From positions 16,018,854-16,082,853 of the forward strand of contig NC_057749.1 of the NCBI RefSeq assembly GCF_004010195.1: a stretch of DNA of 64,000 nt, read 5' to 3'. Numbering within the stretch: the stretch's first letter is position 1; each line of letters begins with the position of its first letter. Of this stretch, positions 13,601 to 25,600 are shown one piece after another. Origin of the DNA: Chiloscyllium plagiosum. Taxonomy: Eukaryota. The notes beneath the pieces were generated by a model. That model made no database searches. It saw nothing but the letters and a program-made list of their open reading frames with translations, and had not been told where the DNA came from. The position numbers and the translations under genes were made by a program.

Positions 13601-16600
13601 CATCGATAGTCACAGGTGAGCTGCCGGAAGACTGGAGGTTGGCAAACGTGGTGCCACGGTTTAAGAAAGGCGGTAAAGACAAGCCAGGGAACTATAGACC
13701 GGTGAGCCTGACCTTGGTGGTGAGCAATTTGTTGGAGGGAATCCTGAGGGACAGGATGTACATGTATTTGGAAAGGCAAGGACTGATTCGGGATAGTCAA
13801 CATGGTTTTGTGCGTGGGAAATCATGTCTCATGAAATTGTTTGAGCTTTTTGAAGAAGTAACAAAGAAGATTGATGTTAGATCTCATGGAATAAAGGGAG
13901 AACTAGCCATTTGGATACAGAACTGACTCAAAGATAGAAGACAGAGGGTGGTGGTGGAGGGTTGTTTTTCAGACTGGAGGCCTGTGACCAGTGGAGTGCC
14001 ACAAGGATCGGTGCTGGATTCACTACTTTTCATCATTTATATAAATGATTTGGATATGAACATAGGAGGTATAGTTAATAAGTTTGCAGATGACACCAAA
14101 ATTGGAGGTGTAGTGGACAGTGAAGAAGGTTACTTCAGATTACAATGGGGCCTTGATCAGATGGGCCAATGGGCTGAGAAATGGCAGATGCATTTTAATT
14201 TAGATAAATGCGAGGTGCTGCATTTTGGGAAAGCAAGTCTTAGCAGGACTTATACACTTAATGGTAAGGTCCTAGGGAGTGTTGCTGAACAAAGAGACCT
14301 TGGAGTGCAGGCTCATAGCTCCTTGAAAGTAGAATTGCTGGTAGATAGGATAGTGAAGGTGGTTTTGGTTATGCTTTCCTTTATTGGTCAGAGTATTGAT
14401 TATAGGAGCTGGGAGGTCATGTTGTGGCTGTACAGGACATTGGTTAGGCCACTGTTGGAATATTGCGTGCAATTCTGGTCTCCTTCCTATCAGAAAGCGG
14501 TTGTGAAACTTGAAAGGGTTCAGAAAAGATTTACAAGGATGTTGCCAGGGTTGGAGAATTTGAGCTACAGGGAGAGGTTGAATAGGCTGGGGCTGTTTTC
14601 CCTGGAGCGTCGGAGGCTGAGGGGCGACTTTATAGAGGTTTATAAAATCATGAAGGGCATGGGTACGGTAGTCATGATTTGGAGATGCTGGTGTTGGACT
14701 GGGGTGAACAAACTTAAAAAGCTCACAATACCAGGTTATGGTCCAACAGGTTTATTTGGAAGCACTAGCTTTTGGAGCACTAGCTCCTTCATCAGGTGGT
14801 TGTGGTGATAGGGTAAACAGACAAGGTCTTTTCCCCGAGGTGGAGGAATCCAGAATTCGAGGGCATAGGTTTAGGGTAAGAGGGGAAAGATATAGGAGAG
14901 ACCGAAAGGGCAATGTTTTCAAGTAGAGGGTGGTGCGTGCACGGAATGAGCTGCCAGAGGTAGTAAAGGAGGCAACATTTAAAAAGGCATCTTAATGGGT
15001 ATATGAACAGGAAGGGTTTGGAGGGATATGGGCCGGATGCTGGCAAGTGGGACTAGATTAAGTTGGGATATCTGGGTTGGTATGGACGAGTTCGACCGAA
15101 GGGCCTGTTTCAGTGCTGTACACCTCTATGACTCTAAACGCAAGCCAACTGCAGATGGATTTGGAACATTATCATCAAGTATACATGCACACTCTGGAAG
15201 AGCAAAGGCTCATATTCCCAACCACCATCTTACAGTGGATGCAGTTTGTTGACAGATTCATCTTCATGTGTCCGTTGTAGATCAAGTTGCATTTTTTTGA
15301 TCAATGGAAGGCAATATGCATAGGCAATGTCCAGCTTCTCCTCTTTGTTTATGCCATATTCCTGCACAAAACATAACAGACTTGAGTGGTTGCAGAACAT
15401 CAGCCCAATTAAATTAGACAGTCAATCAGACTTCATTTTCCCAGTACATAAGTGTCTACGCATGAAGTATCAACGGTACAAGAATAAAGGAGTCATGGTA
15501 AATAGGTCCAAGGAACTGGTTCAGCCATGGTTAAGAGTATTCCATCACAGGAAGAACATTAAAGCTACACAATGCATACAGTGTAGATTTACCATGAAAA
15601 TGCCATGATGTAAATTTCTCCTCAGAGTTTCCTAAGACTGAGACTATTCATTAAAACAGAGAAGGCCAAGACTTAATAGGAGTTTTTAAAAAGCAATAAT
15701 AAAAAGTTTAATGAAGCAATTAATAGAATATCGACTTTTTCTGACCATACAGAAAGTAACAAAGAGAGCCAAAGATGTAAAAAGGGATGCAGGGAGGAGC
15801 TTTGCAAAAAAGATATTACTCAGGGATGTTCGAACATGGGACACTTGAGGCACGAAGCACTACTCCTTCCCAAAGAAGTTCAGATAACAGAGCTACAAGG
15901 TAACAATGGGTGCAAAGGACAGTGGGATAGTATAGGATTACTCTGGCAAAGAGCTGACACAGATATGATGGACTGTGCACTGTTCAAGTAACTCTTTAAC
16001 TCATCTAATTTTATTTCAGAATTATTGTTTGTTTCTCCATAACTATCTTCATCTTGCTACAACAAATCAATCCCATATCAACAACAACCAACTACATTTA
16101 AATGCAGCAGAATAGCTCAAACATAACACAGGCGTATAACCAGAAAAAAAATGACACAGCCATACAAGGAGTTTTGATGACAGATCGCGAAAAGCTTGGT
16201 TCAGAGAGGTATGGTTTATGGAGGACCCGAAAGGAAGAAGTGGAGTGGCTAGGCTATATGAATGGTGGGCTGGTTTTGGCAAAACCATTGCTACCATCTC
16301 TCTCTCCTCCATAATATCACACAGATTCCCAGTTTTCCTTTCCTCTGTCTGTACTCCTGCGTCTCGCCTGGGATGTCATGATGACCCAGCAGAGAGGGAA
16401 ACATATAGCGTTTGGTTAAACAAAGCTGAATCAGTGCCATCATTATGGAAAGTTTTTTAAAAATGTGGAGACAAATAACATGGCAGGTAAATCAGCTTAC
16501 AAAATAGGAAGGAGAGTGAATACTTCAAAAATGATTTTGGTGACGAAGGATCTTCACCCAGATTCTTAATCCATCCTTTCCAATTATTTCCATAAATTGC

Positions 16601-19600
16601 AGCGAGAACAATGAACTGCTATCGCGAACCTCTGTGATGGGAAACGCATAAAATATTGGCACTGAGAGCAAGCTTCAGAACTTGCCACTCCCCTGCCAAG
16701 CTGTTCCCATACAGTTACAATACTGTCATCTACCAGGTATGTCTTCCACACAAAAAAAAAGGACAAATCCAACCTTGACAAATACACCCCCATCAATCTA
16801 CTCTCGATCAGCAGTGAAGTGATGGAAGGTGTCATCAACAGTGCCATCATTTGGTGTTTGCTTAACAGTAACCTGCTCACTGATGCTCAGTTTGGATTCT
16901 GACAGAGCCTCTCAGTTCCTGACCCTCATTCCAGCCTGGTTCAAACATGGACAAGAAACTATAGAAGTGAGGTGAGAGTGACAGCCCTTGACATCAAGAC
17001 CACATTTAACTGGATGTGGTATCAAGGAGCAAAATTAGAATCAAGGGGTAAACGCTTTGGTTGAAGTCATACCTGCCAGAAAGGATAATGGTTGGGTCTG
17101 TTGGAGGCCAGTCATCTCAGCTTGAGGATACCTCAGCAGGATTTCTTCATGGTAGTGTCTTAGATCCAACAACCTTCAGATATTTCATCAATGACCTTCC
17201 CCTCCAACATAAAGTCATTGCATACTATTCAATACCATTAGCGACTCCTCAGATAATGTAAGAGTCCATTTCCCAATGCAGCAAGACTTGGACAATACCC
17301 AAGCTTGGGATAACAATATCAACTCATATTTGCACAACACAAATGCCAGTAATTTATTTCAAGAATAAAAAAAGTCCAGTGTGCGGAAATGCAGCAAGAA
17401 TAGAAGCATGCGCCCACTGATGGAATTTGCTTCTCACTCCAGGTTAACAGGAAAAAAATCTTTCTACTCTTTCCTTCGCCTTCAAATCTTCAGTTTTCCT
17501 GACTTTGTTATCGTATTCAGCATGCATTTTTCCACCACGACTCACTGATATTGGCCAGGATTTCAATTTTAAAGAGTGAGACATATAACATCTGATTTGA
17601 TTATTAAAACTTGCTCGTCAGCTCACTCAAACAGATTTCAAGATCACTTCCCAAGCTTCAGCGCTGAGAATGCTGAATGGCATGGGGACAAGCAGGAAAG
17701 AGAAGGAATTTTATTCCCAGAACAATGGGAACAATAGACTGCAAAATCACATTAACTCAATCATCTTTCCTAGGAATTTTTATCTGCACAAATTAGGTTT
17801 TAAATTCACTGTCAATTAATTAATTTATTATTTTGGGAATGGGGCAGGTTGAAGGGATGAGGAGAGTGAGTGAGATTGCCTAATTTGAATGAAGCACAAA
17901 TATAACTCCATACCGTATGGCTCGATGGTGTGGTGCTGGAAAAGCACAGCAGGTCAGGCAGCATCGGAGAGGCAGGAGAATCGATGGGAATCATTTCCGA
18001 TAAAGGGCTTATGCCTGAAATGTTGATTCTCCTCCTCCTCTGATGCTGCCTGACCTGCTGTGCTTTTCCAGCACCACATTATCGATTCTGATTTCAAGCA
18101 TCTGCAGTTCTCACTCTTTCTTAAGTACATGGCTGTCTCAAAAACCTGACAAATGCAGAGCCGTTGCAACTTTCCCTGCAATATCACCACCTGGGATCAG
18201 GAAGCCAACACACATTCTCCCAATACAGGGTAGCACAAACATTTTCTGTCAGCTAGGATTCAGTCTAAAACTTACATATTGTTTCAATTAGTCTTCTTTT
18301 GCGATCACTGCACTAGAAATAAATTTAGTTAAAGGGAGGCCAGCTGCGACAGGCACGATCACTTCTCTCACTCTACAAATATATTCATGTTCTTGGAAAT
18401 AAACACAGATAGCAAGATATTGTTACCGAGGTAGCGATATCCAGATAGTAAAAGGGAAAGAGAGAGACTAACAGATACAGAGTTAGAGAGAGCCGGTGAG
18501 ACAGCAAGAGCAGATAAAGGAAGAGAGAGAGAGAGACAGAAGTAATAAAGAAAAAAGGGAATAGGAGAGAGAAAGAAAAAAGCAGGGGAAGAGACAGACA
18601 GAAAGGAGAGAGAAGAGAAAGAAACAATTAAAGTGGGCGTGAAAGACAAAGAGAGAGACAGAAAAAAAATGAGATTAGTCCATCAATGCATATGATACAT
18701 AGTTAAAAATCACACAACACCAGGTTATAGTCCAACAGGTTTAATTGGAAGCACAGTAGCTTTCCAATTAAACCTGTTAGACTATAACCTGGTGTTGTGT
18801 GATTTTTAACTTTGTACACCCCAGTCCAACACCGGCATCTCCAAATTATGATACATATAAGTAGGGACAAATATAGTCAGGGCTTGTTTTTATCTCTGGT
18901 GAAAATCATGGATTTTGTAGCATTGTGGAAATGGTGTTTGCATCTTAATTGTTAGATGTTATAGAACACTGAGGAAAATAAACAGTTTGAAACAAAACAT
19001 CAAAGAGATGTGAAGCTATTGTGAGGGCCAGAATGGAGCTCAAGCAGAAAAGACTGTACGTGTAGACAGTGCTTGCATACTAAAGCATTGTTTGTAGTGA
19101 GAAATGTCACATTGGGGAGATGTTAGGACAGTGATTTATGATCAGACAGCAAGGTGGGCCCAAACACACACAAGCTCCACTTATTTGAAATAGTGGAATA
19201 TGCCAAAACAGATGACATTTTTATTTTAAGTCAAATAAGTTCTGTTCATAGCCACATACTGATCTGTCACTACTGTGTGATGCTCAACTTGATTATTATA
19301 AACCAATTGATTTTTACAGCTGTACCAATGAAAGAATCCATAGAGCCTCATGACAGACAACTAAATGAGTTTGAATGAAAGGGAATTGACTTGGAACGTT
19401 TCCTGTTTTTTCTCCCCGATTTGATGCTGGCTGACCTGCTGAATATTTTCAGCATTTTGGGTTTTTACTTCAGACTTTTGACATCCACCATATTTTTCTT
19501 TTTGCGCTAGAGACTTGCCAGTTTAGTTAGATAGTAGTACAATCCTTCAGAACTGGGTTTAACAGAGCCAACCACATTAATTCCCTCTCTAAACTACGAT

Positions 19601-22600
19601 TGTCTTTACTTTAACATTCTTTTATCCGAGCTTGGTCCTAATAGCACATTACATTGCTCAGTGACAAATTTTATCTGATAATGTCTTGGAATGTTATGCA
19701 ACATTAAAGGAATGTTGTATCTAACATGTTGCAGGGATCTAAAGTAAATATATTAAAAGGTTTGCTTGACAATGTAATCTCAGTGATAGGAGCAAATTAC
19801 TGCAAATGCTGGATTCTGTACTGAAAACAACAAATGCTGGAGATCACAAGGAATCTGGCAGCATCAATGGAGAAAAAGAGCAGGCTAAAGTGGAGCTCTG
19901 ATGAAGAGTCATCTAGACTCGAACGTTAGCTTGCTCTCTTTCCATGGATGCTGTCTTTACTGAGATCTCCAGCATTTGTTGTTTTCAGTATAATCTGGCA
20001 ATGTTTTGAGAAAGCATTGCATAATCAGTGGTGCAGAGATGGAGTCAATGGTGAGACTGCCCAAAGAGGAACCTCTATTAATCGTTTAGCACAATGACAA
20101 GGAACTCATGTCACTACATGCAGACTCACAGGTACACATAAAAGCAGAATGTTTCCTGGTTATTCTTTCCTCAAATCCCTGTCTTCTTACCCAGTTAATT
20201 TACATTGTTACTACTTTCAGGATCTTCCTCCTTGCAGGATCTTGCTGTGCATGAAACATTGTACCAATTTAAGTACAATAGCAGTTAATGGAATTCCAAA
20301 TAATTAATTCTATGTAAAGCTCATTGAGATGTTGGAGAGGCTTGTTTAAGTGCCATAGAAATTTCATCAAACATACTGCATTTAAAAAATAAAAGGCCAG
20401 TCAGCCCAACTCTTCTGTGCTGGTGTTCCCTATCATCCCAATTCCCTCATCTCAGCCTTTCAGCCCAGCTTTCTAGCCTCTGATCTCATATACTCTTCTA
20501 CCTTCCTCTTGAAATCATCTAAGCTTTTTGCCTCAAGTATTTTCTATGGGAGCACTTCTACATTTTCATTACCCTCTGATTAAAGAAACTTCGCTACGTT
20601 TCTTTGTTGGATTCATTACTGACCATTTTGTACTTATGGCCTTCCCTTTTGAATTCTCCAAGAAACAGAAATACTTCTCTCCACATCCACCCTGTCCAAC
20701 CGTTCATCTTCTTAAAAGACCTCCATCAGTTTGAGAATGTGCATAGGGTATATGCAGGCAGGCATAGAGTCAAGTTCTGAATTTTGTGAAACAAGAGATT
20801 CAGCTGAGCATTATTCAGATTAGGTAAGAACTTACAGTTAAACAATGGGGTGCTGGAGGCAAAGGTAATGGGTTAACAAGGTGGAAAAGCATTCGTTATG
20901 TAGAGCCATCTAACAATATTGGAAGCATTCAGCATGTGAGGTCAGTTTAACCAGGGGAAAAGTATTCATTATGTGAAGCCAGTTATTCATTGTGCAATAG
21001 GATATGGCTTGATCTTTACTGTTGATACTCATTGATTGTAACAGTCACCCAATTAATATGTATGTTGCCTTATCTCAATGTTCCTCCATGTAAAATGACC
21101 ATATAGTTCATTGAGAAACTGCTGTTCCAGAGAAGACAGAGAACTCATGTCTCTGTGCACATGGACGATTGTTCTCTCTACCTCCAAGGCCAGGAATAAA
21201 GATGAAGGAGGTAAAACTATGCTGTGTCTCTGAGCGTTTTGCTTCAGCTGAGGTGGGGGAAACGGGACGACAAGGTCACCTCTTTGTCTTTAATTTTCAT
21301 TAACCAATTCAATCATTCTCATTAGCTGCAATCTCTCAGTTCAGCTATCTTCCATATAAATCTCTTTTGCACTTTCTCCAATGCTTCTGTCATTTTATAT
21401 AGTACAGAGACCAAAACAGGCATGCATGGCTAGAATCCTGTACAATAAATTCAGGACGTCTTTTTTCTGTCATTGAATGAGTTAAGCCATTCAGCTAAAG
21501 AGCAGCCAGCCTTCTGTGTGTAGCGCATGTCGAAAAGATATGCAAATATACCTCATTCAGGACAAGCTTCTTGCTCTATTTCTGTGTGTGGCGTAACAGT
21601 ATATGCAATGTAACCTTCAAATGTGCCAGGCATTGTGCTACTTTGATTCATGGAATGTTCTGATTTGATGAAAACATATTTGAATTACAAAGTTTATTTA
21701 GGATTGCCAAACGAGGCTTAAGCCAAGGGATTGGAGCTAAAATGCTGAGAGAGACTGCAGTAAAATGCACAGCTTTTAGGTTACTGCAGTTTTTGATGCC
21801 ATCTAATGGATATATGGTATAACTACAGCTTGGTACAAACATTTTAAAAAATGCACTGCTCATGTTTTAAAAAAACATGTCATTTTATTACAGCATCTCA
21901 ACGTCAATGTGTAGCTAACCTTTCTGAGCTCAAGAGTAAGTTAAATTTTAGACTATAAACTCTGGATTGAATTTTTCTTCCCTATATGCTTCAATCCGTC
22001 TCATTTTTGTTTTAACCCAGCAGAATGCGTGTGTGCGTGTGCTTTCGTTTGCGAGAGCACTCCCTCTAAGACCTATTTCATCGGTTTTCTCCTTGCTGAA
22101 AAGATCACCTCAAACATCAACTACTTCTTCACCTATAGATGCTGCCTGACTTGCTGAGTCTTTTTGTTTTTGGCAATAAGACACAGTTTGCTTTCTAAAT
22201 GGGTCTGGGAAGAGAAGGAATCAACTCTTGCACTCAGCAGTCTTTTAATTTAGGAAAACACCAGAGGTACTTAACATAGATGATTTCAGACAAAAAGATT
22301 AACACAAGTGCAGCTACTAAGACTATACACAGACAGAGGGTTTGATGATTCTGGAAAACAGAGTCATTCTATCTCACGTTGATATCTCAATACACACTTC
22401 GATCCTATTAATTTCTTACCTGAGGAATAATGATGTCTGCAAGGGCTTTGGAGAGTTTGAAGAGCTCTAAGGTGTCCTCAAGTTTCAAGGCGCTGTTGTG
22501 TTGCACATCATATTTAATACAATCATAGATATCTGGGATTTTACTTATGTCAAAGCGACCACTCTTCATCCTGAAATCTCTCTCCAGCTTTGACCAACGT

Positions 22601-25600
22601 TGCAGCATCAGCTCCAGAGTTTCACTGTGGTACAGCTGAAGGTCTGTAATCAACAAGAACCTGTGTGTTCAACAAGTTTTATTTTCGATTCACCTGACTA
22701 AATTCCAGAAAGGCTATAAGTAGTGGTCATTTCCTGCAAGAAGGAAATTGCACACTCAAGGAAAAAAATAATCCAACAATTATCTTTTGAGAGAGAGGAA
22801 AAAGAAAAAGAATAATAACATTTAGTATAGATGTCAAGCTTAGTTTCACAGAAAAGTACTTATTACAAACATTATTTGATTTGGTAGAAATACTATCTGC
22901 TGTGGATTACATTGCATGTGCATTGCCTGCCTGTTTCTACCTGGATACAGTGACTCTTTGTACATGTATGTTCTAATGCTGTGCAACTTCATGCCCATCT
23001 GAATTAGCATGCTGCTTCCCTTAGACTATAAGATGGCAGAGCAGAAGGAGGCCATTCAGCCCATCAAGTCTGCTGCACATTCAATGAGATCATGACTGAT
23101 CGAATAAGCCTCAAATCCACTTTCTTGCTTTTGTCCCATAACTCCCAATTCTTTTATGAATTAAAAATCTGTCCATCTCTGGCTTGAATATATTTATTTC
23201 AGCTTTCTGTGGTAAAGAATTCTACCAATTCCTCTTTATCTGTCTTAAATGAGCTGCTTTTTACGCAGATTATTGCTCTGATCTTAGACTCTCCATATGA
23301 CAGAAAGGTCTTTCCACACCTACCCTGTTAATTCCCCTAAGAATCTTACATGTTTCAATAAGTTTGTCTCTCATTCTTCTAAACTCTAATAAGTACAGGT
23401 ACAACCTACTTGGCCTCTCCTTGTAAAGCAGTTCTTTCATACCAGAGATCAACCTAGCAAACGTTCTTTGTAGTGCCTCCAATGCCAGTATCTCTTTCCT
23501 TAGAGATAAGGAACAAAACTGTTCACAGTATTCCAGGTGTGCTCTCTCTCTCGATGCTCCTGAACACGGAGGCAGATGTCAAACAAACATTCTTTAAACT
23601 CTCCTCGTGTGTAGCATGAGCCAACTAATGAGGAGGAGTTGCACACTAACAAATAAGAAAGCTACTGCACGTGCACCAGCACTGAACGGATTGGGAACTT
23701 TATCCTGTGAGGACAGACTCATATGAAATTTATTCACTTGTTATTATTCGAGGTGTCAGGCTGTGTAAGTATTCCCGATTTAAATTATTGTGCTATCTTT
23801 TTACTACAGTGAACCAGACTTAACCTGAACAAGCATTGACAGTAGAATACAAAATTTAAAACAGACTAACTTTGTTCCAGCAGTGCTTAGAACTGTGATA
23901 AATGGCAGAAGGAATTAGGTGAACCAGACAATGTGAATGGGACTAATTATAAAGGAGCATTTGAAAATTAAATGGTGGCACCTCTGCTGATGTTAATCGT
24001 GTTCCTGCACATCAGGCTCAGAAAAGCCTCTAAACATTTTAATAATACAATCAATATGATTTTTAAAAAAAATATAAACCAGCAAATGGTTTATATATCA
24101 GAATCAGAAATAAAAGACAAAAAAATTGGTAAAATACACTGTCAGACAAATTAATGAACATGCTGCAAATCTAAATAAATACAAAGAGTTGGAACACTCA
24201 CCAGATGTAGATGAAACATTAACTCTGCTTCTCTCCATAGATGCTGTGTGACCTGCTGAGTATTTACTCCAAGAAACAATGTGTTTCACCAGAAATTTGT
24301 TTTTAGAACACTTGGTCTGTTTATTTTATTACATTTGCACCGTTTTCCACTAAAGTAACTCTTCTAGCAAAAATGAAAGTAGAAACACAATTACCTGCTG
24401 ATTTGGGGTCTTCTAATCTCTTCTTAATCTGAGAGGTGAGACTCTGGACCAGGGAATATACTCGGTCACAGGTACTGACAGGGTTTTTAATCAATTTCAT
24501 GGAGTTAATAAGAGAAGCACTGCCAGTTGGTGCCAGCTGCAGACAAAAGAATGAAAACAGACCAGATGCAAATAGTTTTAATTCTAAACAAAGAAAGCAA
24601 ATCACATTCAATGCTCTGTCATTTTGACACAATGTCTGAAGGTTAAGATTTAAGATAAGAATTCAACATTGTTACAAAGACAATGAAATCCAGCAAAGCC
24701 TGTCTTTTTCAAGACTCTAAGATGTTATGTCATTTTACAATCAAGTCCTTAGACTGGGTTAAGCTTAGCAGTGATCAGCATTAAGAATCACTTTCAGAAT
24801 CACTATCTTATACAACAATTGAGATTTGAGCATGTAGGGAGAGGAAGAATACAGAAAGCATAATGATTGATTAAGAGCTTAGAAGTAAAATAAGGAAAAC
24901 AATGACAAAACAAAACCCAAAAAAGTGCAGAAATCTGAAAAACAATTTCTGTTCTTGTTAAGGATAACAATGGTTATTTCTTGTACTGAGGCACACTCAG
25001 TACGAAACATCATTTAAACTAATATGTTGGAGGCCAGCTGTTTTGGTTTTCCAATTGGTAAATTCCTACAATTTAGATATTCCAGTGACTGTATCATTGA
25101 TAGTCACAGGTGAGGTGCCGGAAGACTGGAGGTTGGCAAACAAGGTGACTGGAGGTTGGCTTAAGATAGGTGGTAAGAAAAAGCTAGGAAACTACAGACT
25201 GGTGAGCCTGATAGCAGTGGTGGACATGTTGTTGGAGGTAATCCTGAGTGACAGGATTTACATGTATTTGGAAAGGCAAGGACCGATTAAGAATAGACAA
25301 CATGGCTTTGTGTGTGGGAAATCATGCTCTCTAACTTGATTGAGTTTTCTAAAGTAACGAAGCAGATAGATGAGGGCAGAGTAGTGGATGTGATCTATAC
25401 AGACTTAAGTGAAGTGTTTCACAAAGTTCCTCACGATAGCCTGGTTAGCAAGGTTTGATCACATGGAATACAGGGAGAACTAGCTATTTGGATACAACTG
25501 GCTCAAAGGTAGAAGACAGAGGGTGGTGGTGGAGGAGGTTTGCCTTTTAGACTTGAGGCCTGTGACCAGTGCCACAAGGATCGATGCTGGGTCCACTGCT

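Noticed and set aside
17925..18120. Recurrent gctggaaaagcacagcaggtcaggcagcatc repeats as a CRISPR-like array or miRNA cluster
   Set aside because: The copies are dispersed, inverted and TSD-flanked with no regular spacers, in a eukaryotic intron; Penelope termini explain them.
18368..18649. Ser/Leu/Phe-rich ORFs
   Set aside because: They are translations of a GA microsatellite.
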